Shown here piece after piece: positions 18,622-27,147 of a stretch of DNA of 39,976 nucleotides (the first letter of the stretch is position 1; each line of letters starts with the position of its first letter). Source of the DNA: a virus (lineage: Duplodnaviria > Caudoviricetes); the IMG/VR virus record IMGVR_UViG_3300005405_000055, positions 1 to 39,976 of that record. One strand, written 5' to 3'. The translations under genes were made by a program, and so were the position numbers. Under the pieces are notes generated by a model. That model was not told where the DNA came from. It did no database searches and worked only from the letters and a program-made list of their open reading frames with translations.

Positions 18622-19020
18622 TTACACCTCCGTGAACCAAAGTTCGGGGTACCTGGCCAGGAGTAACTTTTTCTTTAATAGATACTCCTTCGTTCGGTAA
18701 CCCTTTGTATCAACAATCTCCACCCGGCCATCCGGATAGATTACTTTAAAATCTGCAATGTACTTGATCTCCCTAACCTTTTTGCCGCCACGCCTGTAGC
18801 CTTCCTGGATAATAAACTCTGGCTGCAGTTCAAAACTAACAATCTCCCCAGCCCTTAAACAAAGTTTCAGTTCTCCATAATATTCAGCTTCTCGTTTACT
18901 TGCGAACCGGATTCCGTCCACAATTGTCCTACTGGCATTATATTTATGTTTCTTGGGAGGCGGCCCGGGGTACTTATCCCCGAGCAGCTTCCGAGCTTCT
19001 TCCTCAGAAATCCGGACCAT
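18622..19020 (-). CDS. DUF1064 family PD-(D/E)XK nuclease (putative resolvase)
   Basis: KYNA...VDGIRFASKREA, LQPEF and YIADF...VDTKG motifs. Confidence 0.88.
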   Translation of the reverse strand: MVRISEEEARKLLGDKYPGPPPKKHKYNASRTIVDGIRFASKREAEYYGELKLCLRAGEIVSFELQPEFIIQEGYRRGGKKVREIKYIADFKVIYPDGRVEIVDTKGYRTKEYLLKKKLLLARYPELWFTEV

Positions 19021-19023
19021 CTT

Positions 19024-19578
19024 CTACTTCACCACCCGGAGATTAGACTCTGGGAAAAGCGTAGGCGGCCCCTGTATGCTGTCCCAGTTGGTAATAGAAT
19101 CATCCAGCAAATCAGGGATGCGTGCCCTGGTATTTGGCCAGTTAGCCCCCAACTTCTCAATCATGTTTATAAAATCATCAATGTCATGGCCCACTAGGTC
19201 AATCTTCGGGGAATCACCATCCATGGTCAGCTGAATGTGCCGTAACTCATGATAAATGACTGCCACGATCTGTTCCCTGGACATTCCCGCCACGTTTTCT
19301 TTAAAGATCTCAATCATGTATTCGAATTGCTTCCCGGTCATCTGTTGGATGATTTGTTCCCAACGTCCTGGGATTTTACTTATTTGAGCGAAAACCGTCT
19401 TATGGCTTTTCTTTCTCTCATCCTCAGTATTTTCAACAAACAGAATGTTCTTCACAGGAGCATATTTAAGTTCCGGGAACTTCTCAACCAATTTCTCTGC
19501 AATTGGCCGGTAATATTCGTTGATAAAGTACTTCCCACTCCATTCATCCACTACAACAAGGTTCCTGGCTTGTGACAT
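19024..19578 (-). CDS. Putative phage metallopeptidase
   Basis: HELRH (HExxH) and downstream HDIDDF motif. Start taken at ATG 19578. Confidence 0.75.
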   Translation of the reverse strand: MSQARNLVVVDEWSGKYFINEYYRPIAEKLVEKFPELKYAPVKNILFVENTEDERKKSHKTVFAQISKIPGRWEQIIQQMTGKQFEYMIEIFKENVAGMSREQIVAVIYHELRHIQLTMDGDSPKIDLVGHDIDDFINMIEKLGANWPNTRARIPDLLDDSITNWDSIQGPPTLFPESNLRVVK

Positions 19579-19632
19579 ATAAAATCCCCCTCTCAATTAC
19601 GCCCTACTTTGTGTTCGTTTTGACCACACACA

Positions 19633-20568
19633 CTATCCAGATTGCCTTTTTAGTTCTTCAAGTACCTCAGGCGGTACATAAAACTCATAGGGTCCTCCTG
19701 GCGGTGAAGCCCTGTTTTTAAACTGCTGACCAGCAGCTTGTTTCTTTTGTTCTTGGTGCCGCTTCTCAAGATCCTCCACATCCTGAACACACTTAACTCC
19801 TTTGTCATTCCAGTTGGTAAGGATCCCGCTGATGTACTTACACGATCGGTTATTACCCAAGACAGCTATGTCCAAGGCATGCTCTATTAACTCAGCACTA
19901 TGCTGCTCCAACCAGTACTGTATTCTTTCTGCCTCTATAGGGTTCAAGGGCCTCCCAAAACCTTTTTCAAATCTTTCAACAACCTGACGACTACGACTTT
20001 CAAGTTCTTCTGGGTTGAATTCTGATTCTCGATTCTCGGTTGGAGGGGTTGTAGTTATAGTTGTAGTTCCGGTTATAGTTCCGGTTATAGTTCCGGTTCC
20101 GGTTCTACTACTACACGCCCCCTCTTTGTCCGGTACTTGTCCGGTACATGTCGTGGGCATGTCTTTTATTTGATAATAACTTTTATTCCGCGTGTCGCCC
20201 TTGACCCATATAACCCAGGGTGGTAGGGGAATACTTGCCTTTGATGGTGGTGTTGGTTTATCAAGAGTCTGATGCTTGTGAAAATTAACTAAAAACAAAT
20301 ATGATTTACCATGCTCCTGGTAAGGTATTAATTTACCTTCATCTATCATTTCATTACGCCATTGGTTAATAATTTCTACGTTAATATCAGAATCCAGTGG
20401 AGAGGGGAAGAGGTTAATTTTGAACGCAAAGGGACTATCTTCTATGCATCCACTATCGTCGGCCAGTTGCGCTAATCCTATATAAAAAACTCTCTTATCC
20501 CTAGTCCATTGAAGTAAATCCGGATCTGTCCAAAACGTAGCCTTGATTTGACGATTATGTAACCTCAA
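19633..20568 (-). CDS. Replication initiator with C-terminal DnaD domain
   Basis: N-terminal RQIKATFWTD...LADDSG...NFHKHQ; C-terminal FEKGFGRPL...YISGILTNW. Confidence 0.88.
   Translation of the reverse strand: MRLHNRQIKATFWTDPDLLQWTRDKRVFYIGLAQLADDSGCIEDSPFAFKINLFPSPLDSDINVEIINQWRNEMIDEGKLIPYQEHGKSYLFLVNFHKHQTLDKPTPPSKASIPLPPWVIWVKGDTRNKSYYQIKDMPTTCTGQVPDKEGACSSRTGTGTITGTITGTTTITTTPPTENRESEFNPEELESRSRQVVERFEKGFGRPLNPIEAERIQYWLEQHSAELIEHALDIAVLGNNRSCKYISGILTNWNDKGVKCVQDVEDLEKRHQEQKKQAAGQQFKNRASPPGGPYEFYVPPEVLEELKRQSG
20064..20152. repeat. Short direct repeats inside initiator gene (candidate origin iterons)
   Basis: TAGTTCCGGTT three times with 12-bp period; TTGTCCGGTAC twice. Confidence 0.5.
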
Positions 20569-20587
20569 CCTTCCTCTCCCCCTTAAA

Positions 20588-20821
20588 CTACTCCTCTAGC
20601 AATCCTGCTTTAACCCTGGATGCAAGCTGCTCATCGCTGGCCCGCATCCAACACCAGCCCTCAGGCTTGTCCTCAACGCACTTAACCTTAAATTTACCCC
20701 TGATCTTTATCTGGGTACAGAACGGATCCTGAGTCTTATATGTCATACTGCTGCCTATTCTATTCCGCCTCTCTGGCTGCCAGTGGGCGCAGGTACCGCA
20801 GCATTGTTCAATTACACTCAC
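20588..20821 (-). CDS. Cys-rich hypothetical protein
   Basis: CCGTCAHW motif; in operon. Confidence 0.6.
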   Translation of the reverse strand: MSVIEQCCGTCAHWQPERRNRIGSSMTYKTQDPFCTQIKIRGKFKVKCVEDKPEGWCWMRASDEQLASRVKAGLLEE

Positions 20822-20844
20822 ACCCTACCCCTCACTTCCTATTC

Positions 20845-21525
20845 CTAAAACATTGCCACTTGATAAATTGGCTTTTGCTTTTCCAACCTTAATAAATATC
20901 TAACTCTTGCCCTTTGCTCCGCTTTTCTATCGTTGCCAGGGCTTAAACGAGTCTGCTTGTCCCTAAATTTATATACCCACCAAACACTGTCCACGCTTTC
21001 AAAAGGAAATTGCGTTATTATTTTGGCATTCGTGATCCCCAGTGCATGGAATCTGCCTTCTGGGTGCAGGCTAAATATTTGTCTAAACCACTGCTCTTTT
21101 ACGGTTGTAGGTTGTCCTACGGTCCCGCCCAATCCAATTAAGGAATATTTTGCAACTAACATCTCCAGTAGTTCCATTGGTTCTCCAAAATGGAATACCG
21201 GTATCGGGCCAAATCCTGCCCGCTCCATGGTCCTTTGGTTCATCGCTGTTGTTTCAGGGTCTCCAATTACATCAAGATTGAAATAGGTTTTTATATCGTT
21301 CTTCTTTAACCAGGACATATAACTATCCAACTGTAAATCTAGTCCCCGCTTCCACATTGAAAAAGCGCCGCTATCGGCTATAATCTCAATCCCATATTGC
21401 CGATACAATTGCCAACAAGTCTCAGTTGGTGGTTCTGCAAAACTAATCATCACCCGCTTACCACAGGCTGATGCGAGCGTATGGATTGCATTAGGCCTCT
21501 CGGCGGCTCCGAAGTATACTACCAC
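20845..21525 (-). CDS. TGT-fold/DpdA-like base-exchange transglycosylase
   Basis: DSGAFS, LDVIGD, IPVFH, GLGG, HALG and SVDS motifs in TGT/DpdA order. Confidence 0.7.
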   Translation of the reverse strand: MVVYFGAAERPNAIHTLASACGKRVMISFAEPPTETCWQLYRQYGIEIIADSGAFSMWKRGLDLQLDSYMSWLKKNDIKTYFNLDVIGDPETTAMNQRTMERAGFGPIPVFHFGEPMELLEMLVAKYSLIGLGGTVGQPTTVKEQWFRQIFSLHPEGRFHALGITNAKIITQFPFESVDSVWWVYKFRDKQTRLSPGNDRKAEQRARVRYLLRLEKQKPIYQVAMF

Positions 21526-21779
21526 TACTCTAATATCCTTACTTCAATCGTTCTTCTTCCCCACTGAATTGCTTGATAATCGTCCTCCATATATATATCT
21601 AGTTTGTTGCCTTTGATTGCTCCCCCAGTATCTTCGATTACTCCATATCCATAACCCGGAATATAAACCCTTGTACCCATCGGTAGTACTCTTGGATCGG
21701 CTGCTACAGTTCCAACCTTAGGCCAGGTACCGGAAGTAGTTTTTTGACCAGTCCATGTATAGGCTGTAACCTCAAATAT
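21525..21779 (-). CDS. 3D (Asp-Asp-Asp) domain, not in ORF track; no canonical start upstream of the domain
   Basis: IFEVTAYTWTGQKTTSGTWPKVGTVAADPRVLPMGTRVYIPGYGYGVIEDTGGAIKGNKLDIYM...WGRRTIEVRILE*. Confidence 0.8.
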   Translation of the reverse strand: MFEVTAYTWTGQKTTSGTWPKVGTVAADPRVLPMGTRVYIPGYGYGVIEDTGGAIKGNKLDIYMEDDYQAIQWGRRTIEVRILE

Positions 21780-22087
21780 TACTTGCTGGCTTCCCGTGCT
21801 GCTCCTACTTCCTTCGGGATTGTCAGTACGTCTCCGGGCCGGAGATACTCCCCCAGGTGGTTCACCTTTTCTATCTGATGTATAACCTCCCGGGGATCCT
21901 TATTTGGACAGTTTGTCTCTGCGATACTCCAGAGGGTCTCGCCCTCCCGGACGGTAATTTCCGTTTGTATAGTCTCGGGCTTGTCCGCTTGGTGTATTAA
22001 ATAAGCCGATAATAAAAGCATGGCTGCGATAACAATTAAGACTAATCTTGCTAGCCCAGGCCTTGAGCCTATAATTGGTCTTTTCAC
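21779..22087 (-). CDS. Membrane-anchored LysM protein (YneA-like)
   Basis: TM helix, then TVREGETLWSIA...LRPGDVLTIP; GTG start at 22087 after AGGGAGG. Confidence 0.85.
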   Translation of the reverse strand: MKRPIIGSRPGLARLVLIVIAAMLLLSAYLIHQADKPETIQTEITVREGETLWSIAETNCPNKDPREVIHQIEKVNHLGEYLRPGDVLTIPKEVGAAREASK

Positions 22088-22148
22088 TAGGTCCCCTCCC
22101 TTTGCTTGGCTACTCAGCCTCCCATGCAAAAAGACTAGGTCAGAGCTG

Positions 22149-23090
22149 TTAAGCCTGACCCTGGCCTTCAAAAAACATATCAATCGGGTCTGCTCCCTGT
22201 TGTTCCTTCTCTTCAACTACAGTAGCGGTAGTATCTACCGTTGTAGCTCCGCTGGATGGTCCATCGTCCGTAGAATTGTCTACATACTCATAAGTCCCGT
22301 CCTCATGCAGCAATGTATCGTCACGCTCAAAGGCCGTCTGCAATTCGATTGACATAATACCCCACTTGCTGATGATCTGGCGCAGCATGGTCTTGTATGC
22401 CATTCCGTCAAAGTCCTTATACCAGAAGGATGAATATTTCCAAAGATCCTTCTTCGGTATCTTGCCTTCGAGCAATTGCTGGTAAGAGTCGGCGCTAAAA
22501 GCCGGACTGTATTTGTCGGCATGAAGCATCATTTTCTTTCTACTCCAGTACATTGCTTTTCTAAATCCGTTCTGATACTCAAACATTGCATAATATCCGA
22601 TAGTAGGAGCTGATTCCCTCGCTTCTTCGTCCTCAATAATGACTGCCTCAATAGTTTCATTAAGAGGGTCAAATCCCTGTAATTCCCCTTCTTTAAGAGC
22701 CAAAACATTAATTTTTTTGTAATATCCGGAGCGGATTGCAAGTTGAATATAGCCCTTATATCCCAGTTGGAACTGTGCCGTGATGCTCACGACATTTCCT
22801 TCTTTGTCATATTTCTTGTACGGAACCATGTAATACTGTCCAAGTTGTGGGCTGGGGGAAAGCTTAAGGCTCTCCCCTAACAAGGCAGCAGAAAAAATGG
22901 TTGAATGATCGCATTCGGCAAGCGCAGGATTCACAGATACAGCAGATACTATCGAAGCTATAAACCGCTGGCCGTCCTTAGCCCCGATCATCTGATTAAT
23001 CCTGTTCTTTATGGCATCCTTCGTAAGATACGCAGATATATTCTGATGATTGGCCTGTTGCTGTTGAACCAGATTATTTTTAACTGCCAT
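22149..23090 (-). CDS. recT: RecT-family single-strand annealing protein
   Basis: LSPSPQLGQYYMVPY, AQFQLGYKGYIQLAIRSG and W..DFDGMAYKT motifs. Confidence 0.92.
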   Translation of the reverse strand: MAVKNNLVQQQQANHQNISAYLTKDAIKNRINQMIGAKDGQRFIASIVSAVSVNPALAECDHSTIFSAALLGESLKLSPSPQLGQYYMVPYKKYDKEGNVVSITAQFQLGYKGYIQLAIRSGYYKKINVLALKEGELQGFDPLNETIEAVIIEDEEARESAPTIGYYAMFEYQNGFRKAMYWSRKKMMLHADKYSPAFSADSYQQLLEGKIPKKDLWKYSSFWYKDFDGMAYKTMLRQIISKWGIMSIELQTAFERDDTLLHEDGTYEYVDNSTDDGPSSGATTVDTTATVVEEKEQQGADPIDMFFEGQGQA

Positions 23091-23094
23091 TCTC

Positions 23095-23988
23095 CTAAAC
23101 CGCCTTTCTATCTTCTTCTGGTTTTCCGTATTTAACGCCGTTGGTAACAAAGAATTGCCTTAAGGATTTTAGTTGCTCTACAGTGGCCCAAACTCTAAAG
23201 TCCACCATATAAACTTTTTCTTCTTGCTTGGGTGTCTGAGCTGGTTCTAGCTTGATAGGTTCTTGCTTAGGTGCCGAAGCAGATACCGTTAATGGCGGCT
23301 GCTCCTTCTCCCGCTGTTCTTTCGCTCTTTGAGCCTTTTCCTGCTGAAGTCGTTTGTGTTCGGCTATTTTGGCTGCCTGTTCCTCGAGTCTTTTTTTCTC
23401 CTGTAAAGCAGCGGTCAGATCGAAGTTCTTCAAGTAGGTATCCTTGATTTGTAGTTCATACTTGGATTTCAATTCATTGATAACTTGCAGGTCACTTTCT
23501 ACCTTGCAAAACAGGTCCATGATTTCCTTCTCAATATCCGCGCCCTTGTAAGTAGCGTTGAGCCACTTCTGATTGAATATCCGATCAAACGGTACCAGGT
23601 CAGCTAATTCTCCAACCCTGTCAGCGTAGAATGTTTTAATGCCTTCCAGTTTTTCATCCTTCTTGATCTGCTCGTATGCTTTGACCTGACTGTCTATTGC
23701 CAGAATGGGCTTGTCGATCATGGCAACTATATCTTTTATCTTGGACTCAAAGTCCTCATATGGCTTCAGGCATTGCTTTTTAATCTCTTTGCGCCTAGTT
23801 TCGATGGCATCCTTAAACTTGTTGAGGCTTGCCCGGTCGGTTTTGGCCTCTTTAATGTTTTCCTCGCTATACACAAGGCCGTTGTACTTTTCGAGCCTGA
23901 TCGCCAGTTCCTTTTTTATTTCCTCATCATTAAATTTAATATCCGTTATAAATTGATCGTCAGTAGGCTGGTATATGATCAATTCCAT
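23095..23988 (-). CDS. DUF1351 family coiled-coil protein
   Basis: AKTDRASLNKFKDAIETRRKEIKK...PYEDFE and WLNATY motifs; lies between exonuclease and RecT. Confidence 0.85.
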   Translation of the reverse strand: MELIIYQPTDDQFITDIKFNDEEIKKELAIRLEKYNGLVYSEENIKEAKTDRASLNKFKDAIETRRKEIKKQCLKPYEDFESKIKDIVAMIDKPILAIDSQVKAYEQIKKDEKLEGIKTFYADRVGELADLVPFDRIFNQKWLNATYKGADIEKEIMDLFCKVESDLQVINELKSKYELQIKDTYLKNFDLTAALQEKKRLEEQAAKIAEHKRLQQEKAQRAKEQREKEQPPLTVSASAPKQEPIKLEPAQTPKQEEKVYMVDFRVWATVEQLKSLRQFFVTNGVKYGKPEEDRKAV

Positions 23989-24006
23989 AAAACACATTCT
24001 CCTTTC

Positions 24007-24675
24007 TTATATCGGGGGCAGTACCAAATTAGGCTTTTTATCCTTTTCAATGTACTGCCAGAACTCAATTTCTTTGGTTAAGAGGTAATCCAGATCGTCC
24101 TGCACTTCTGCCCGTTCGATTGTGTAATGCCTTGTGTTAAGTCTGACCTCATCGCCGTAAACGGTTTTTAGCTGCGCCTTTAATATTGCAAAATCCCAAC
24201 CGGTAGCCAGCAGGTAATGAAGCACTTGAATGTAGTAGTTATCAGGTATTTTGTCATTCCACTTCTTACGGTGCATTGAATTGAGTAGCTCTGTAGTTTT
24301 AATCTCGAGAATACCTTTCCGGCCAGTTTTTAGTTCAACCAGTTCACCGTCAAGGGTTCCGGCTATATATGGATATTTATAATGGCAAATAACCTTGTAG
24401 TCCTTATTAAGCGAAACCCCATATTGAGGATGGTCTAAGGCGAATAATGCAGTTAGATATTGTTCGGCCTGGATGCCATATTGGACATATGGCTTGTAAC
24501 CTATGTCTTCCGGAACGACTCTGCCGGTTTTCTCCTGCCAAACCTCAATATTGGTTTTATAGGGATTCAGGCCTACAATGGCCGAGGCATCAGAGCCGCC
24601 TAAAAAGTACTTCCTGTTCTGCAACCATTCTTCGCGGCTCATTTCTTGACTCTTTGCCAGGGCTAAAACCGTCAT
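24007..24675 (-). CDS. YqaJ-like (lambda-exonuclease) recombination nuclease
   Basis: WLQNRK.FLGGSDASAIVGLNPY, GTLDG, LEIKT and YYIQVLHY motifs. Confidence 0.92.
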   Translation of the reverse strand: MTVLALAKSQEMSREEWLQNRKYFLGGSDASAIVGLNPYKTNIEVWQEKTGRVVPEDIGYKPYVQYGIQAEQYLTALFALDHPQYGVSLNKDYKVICHYKYPYIAGTLDGELVELKTGRKGILEIKTTELLNSMHRKKWNDKIPDNYYIQVLHYLLATGWDFAILKAQLKTVYGDEVRLNTRHYTIERAEVQDDLDYLLTKEIEFWQYIEKDKKPNLVLPPI

Positions 24676-24778
24676 GTTTTTCACCTTCTTGCTGTTGATT
24701 AAGGATATTTTCGCGGTTAAGATTATCAGCAAATTCTTCTTCCCAAGGATCGAACTCAATTTCAAGGCAGCTAGTCAT
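24590..24778 (-). CDS. Small hypothetical protein
   Basis: ATG abuts the upstream stop; overlaps the YqaJ start. Confidence 0.35.
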   Translation of the reverse strand: MTSCLEIEFDPWEEEFADNLNRENILNQQQEGEKHDGFSPGKESRNEPRRMVAEQEVLFRRL

Positions 24779-24958
24779 TTATGCCGCCTGCCTCACCATT
24801 TTTTTCAATCTATCTTGTAGAATGAACATATAGCCAATCATCCTACCAACCAGCAAAGGATAAAAATCTTCACTCCGGTTTTTCTGTGATAAACTTTCAT
24901 CCACTTCATCTATGCAATCTTCGATTTTCATTAATATTTCTTTTAATTGCTGTTCCAT
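24779..24958 (-). CDS. Hypothetical protein (59 aa, below track cut-off)
   Basis: MEQQLKEILMKIEDCIDEVDESL...KMVRQAA*; GAGGGA RBS. Confidence 0.6.
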   Translation of the reverse strand: MEQQLKEILMKIEDCIDEVDESLSQKNRSEDFYPLLVGRMIGYMFILQDRLKKMVRQAA

Positions 24959-24980
24959 GAGTATCCCTCACTTTCTATTT

Positions 24981-25028
24981 ATGGCCCCCAACCGTCCAAC
25001 GCCAGTTGAGAGCCGGATGTTGATTTCA
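24981..25028. repeat. 48-bp direct repeat, copy 1
   Basis: 46/48 identical to 25287-25334; contains the TGA stop of the upstream minus-strand gene. Confidence 0.9.
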
Positions 25029-25265
25029 TATAAATACAGTTACTCTAACATTTTGGAATATTTCCGCCGAATCAAAACATTCATAACCCTCGGCCTTTTT
25101 GTATTTACCATACGGCAAACCTAAACAAGGACTTATTTTATTAATGACGGCTTCTGCTTTTTCTCCTTGGTGATGAATGTGAATACTTATTTTAGGATCT
25201 GCGCCAGTAGCTTCCTTGATTGCATTAATAAATGCTTGGTAAGCTTCTTTGATCTGGTTATCCAC
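25026..25265 (-). CDS. Hypothetical protein (79 aa)
   Basis: AAGGAGG RBS, GTG start; bracketed by the two repeats. Confidence 0.7.
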   Translation of the reverse strand: MDNQIKEAYQAFINAIKEATGADPKISIHIHHQGEKAEAVINKISPCLGLPYGKYKKAEGYECFDSAEIFQNVRVTVFI

Positions 25266-25286
25266 TCTATTTCCTCCTTTTTTTAT

Positions 25287-25334
25287 ATGGCCCTCAACCG
25301 TCCAACACCAGTTGAGAGCCGGATGTTGATTTCA
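25287..25334. repeat. 48-bp direct repeat, copy 2
   Basis: 46/48 identical to 24981-25028; contains the TGA stop of the 25332 gene. Confidence 0.9.
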
Positions 25335-25535
25335 ATTGAATAACTGTTTAAGTTCCAATCTACTGAGTAAATCACTGACCGCTTCCAAATCACCTAGTCG
25401 ACCGCCAAAGTCTACTGAGTAAAATCCGTCTGAACATTCATAAATAAAAAGGTTGTATTCTTTGCCACCTATATCTACCTTTGCGGTAGTAAGTTCACTA
25501 GTCTGAATTACGTTCTCAATGCGTTTTTTATCCAT
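25332..25535 (-). CDS. Hypothetical protein
   Basis: AGGGAG RBS before ATG 25535. Confidence 0.6.
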   Translation of the reverse strand: MDKKRIENVIQTSELTTAKVDIGGKEYNLFIYECSDGFYSVDFGGRLGDLEAVSDLLSRLELKQLFN

Positions 25536-25577
25536 TGTTATCTCCCTAAAAGATTTGTTATAATGAAGTTGCAAATT

Positions 25578-26042
25578 TTATCTGGCCGCTTCGAGCGGTC
25601 TCTTTTCTTTTCTGGTATATAATACTGCCAGGGCCGCCCCTATTAACTCCTGCAGTTCTGTTTTAGTTTTTTCCCACATAGACATCTCGGTACTATCAAC
25701 TTCGCCGTCGCACGCTATGGAGATCAGGTCACCTTCTATGATTCGCATGTCTCGGCTTTCCTTCTGTAACCTAAGAACTGCCCTGGGTAGCTCATCCAGG
25801 CATATGCCAGGAAGAAATCGTCTACCGACCTCGGTGTTATGCTTTAAATGCAGGTAGGCCAACTCGGGGGCGTTATAAGTCTCAATCATCCGACAAACAA
25901 CATCGTCCCCTGGGATAGTACGTCCGGTTTCATAGTCTGATAGCGACCTGGTTGAAATATATAAATGTTCAGCTGCAGCTTCTTGGTTCATTCCTGCATT
26001 ATCTCTGCTGGTTTTATAGATGTTTTTACACTCCTTCTTCAT
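25578..26042 (-). CDS. XRE-family HTH regulator
   Basis: SRDNAGMNQEAAAEHLYISTRSLSDYETG HTH; GGAGG RBS. Confidence 0.85.
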   Translation of the reverse strand: MKKECKNIYKTSRDNAGMNQEAAAEHLYISTRSLSDYETGRTIPGDDVVCRMIETYNAPELAYLHLKHNTEVGRRFLPGICLDELPRAVLRLQKESRDMRIIEGDLISIACDGEVDSTEMSMWEKTKTELQELIGAALAVLYTRKEKRPLEAAR

Positions 26043-26139
26043 TCCGTCTCACCTCCTCCCATGTGATAATAATGGTATAAACCTCTTCCCCTTCACCCCG
26101 GCTGCTTGGCCAGGTGGCCGGGGTGTTTACCCCCTCCCT

Positions 26140-26307
26140 TTAGGCTGCCGGTGGCTTCTTGTCACCTAACTGTTTAATCTGCTTTAGTAGTGCTCTCCTA
26201 TAACCAGGGGCGGCTCTTTTCGCTGCTTCAGCGACTCTCTCTGCATCTGGTATGATGATGACTTCCACACTTGTGGGGCTTGACATGTTCGATTCACGTT
26301 TTGACAT
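26140..26307 (-). CDS. Hypothetical protein (55 aa)
   Basis: GGAGGTG RBS; MSKRESNMSSPTSVEVIIIPDAERVAEAAKR...KPPAA*. Confidence 0.6.
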   Translation of the reverse strand: MSKRESNMSSPTSVEVIIIPDAERVAEAAKRAAPGYRRALLKQIKQLGDKKPPAA

Positions 26308-26395
26308 TTTATATCACCTCCATTGCAGGAATTTATTTCCTCCTCGTTTAATTTAATAGCTACAACACCATTCAATTTTATGAGGAGGACTTACT

Positions 26396-27007
26396 ATGGC
26401 TGATATTGAAGTTGGCTTTACACAATTCATCGATTTTACACTTAAACGCGATGTCTCCAGAGTTAACTATGTCCGTAAGGTTAAAAACCAGGAAGAGTAC
26501 AACCCCGCTTTTGATTTTTGGCGTAAGCTAAGAGAAGAAATTAAGCGTATTCATCAGACTGGAGACGATATAAAACTTCTTGATAACCTTCTTCGAGATT
26601 TGACTGAACGTAAGATCAGTCAGTATACACATGCTATTGAACAATACAAAAAATTCTGTCGTGGCAAAGATATTAAATGGTTTGATGTTGGCCATTCTTC
26701 ATGGATCTATGATCGTTTACTAATCCGTTCCACCCCTGAAATGGGTTTGAATATTGATGGTCATCCATATTTGATAAAGATGTATTTCAAAGAACAAAAA
26801 GAAAAACTTGATACCCGTAGAGCTCAATCCTTATTAACTTTAATGAATGACTCAATAGCATCTATAGAAATTTCAAATATTAAACATGCACTATTGAATA
26901 TTAAAAAAGGTAAGCTCATCCCACTTGAAAAAACTGTGGATACTCAAATGAAATTAGCTCTAGAAGATCAGGCCCAAAGCTTTATTCATCTTTGGGATAA
27001 AGTCTAA
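26396..27007 (+). CDS. Hypothetical protein (moron, opposite to early operon)
   Basis: 203 aa, GAGGAGG RBS, AT-rich. Confidence 0.75.
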   Translation: MADIEVGFTQFIDFTLKRDVSRVNYVRKVKNQEEYNPAFDFWRKLREEIKRIHQTGDDIKLLDNLLRDLTERKISQYTHAIEQYKKFCRGKDIKWFDVGHSSWIYDRLLIRSTPEMGLNIDGHPYLIKMYFKEQKEKLDTRRAQSLLTLMNDSIASIEISNIKHALLNIKKGKLIPLEKTVDTQMKLALEDQAQSFIHLWDKV

Positions 27008-27013
27008 TTTGAT

Positions 27014-27130
27014 TTAGTCATCAGCCAACTCCGTCATGATCTGAGCGCAGTTCTCGCAAATCCATTGATCATTTTCTAATGCAAGAATTGCGTTCTTTTT
27101 CTTGCAGACAACACAAATGTGCTTTTTCAT
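27014..27130 (-). CDS. 38-aa zinc-finger microprotein
   Basis: GGAGGTG RBS; MKKHICVVCKKKNAILALENDQWICENCAQIMTELADD*. Confidence 0.65.
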   Translation of the reverse strand: MKKHICVVCKKKNAILALENDQWICENCAQIMTELADD

Positions 27131-27147
27131 ACTTCACCTCCCTCTTT

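Noticed and set aside
20041-20105. Thr/Gly repeat as a diversity-generating or phase-variable tract
   Set aside because: In-frame linker repeats are usual in phage initiators; no reverse transcriptase or TR/VR pair seen in the window.
431-24698. Many plus-strand ORFs in the track overlapping structural and replication genes (e.g. 2116-2676, 4473-4835, 20933-21286)
   Set aside because: Antisense shadows of well-supported minus-strand genes, with no RBS or motifs.
24981-25334. CRISPR array or integron attC interpretation of the 48-bp repeats
   Set aside because: Only two copies, separated by a whole gene; no cas genes or integron integrase; no attC core-site pattern recognised.
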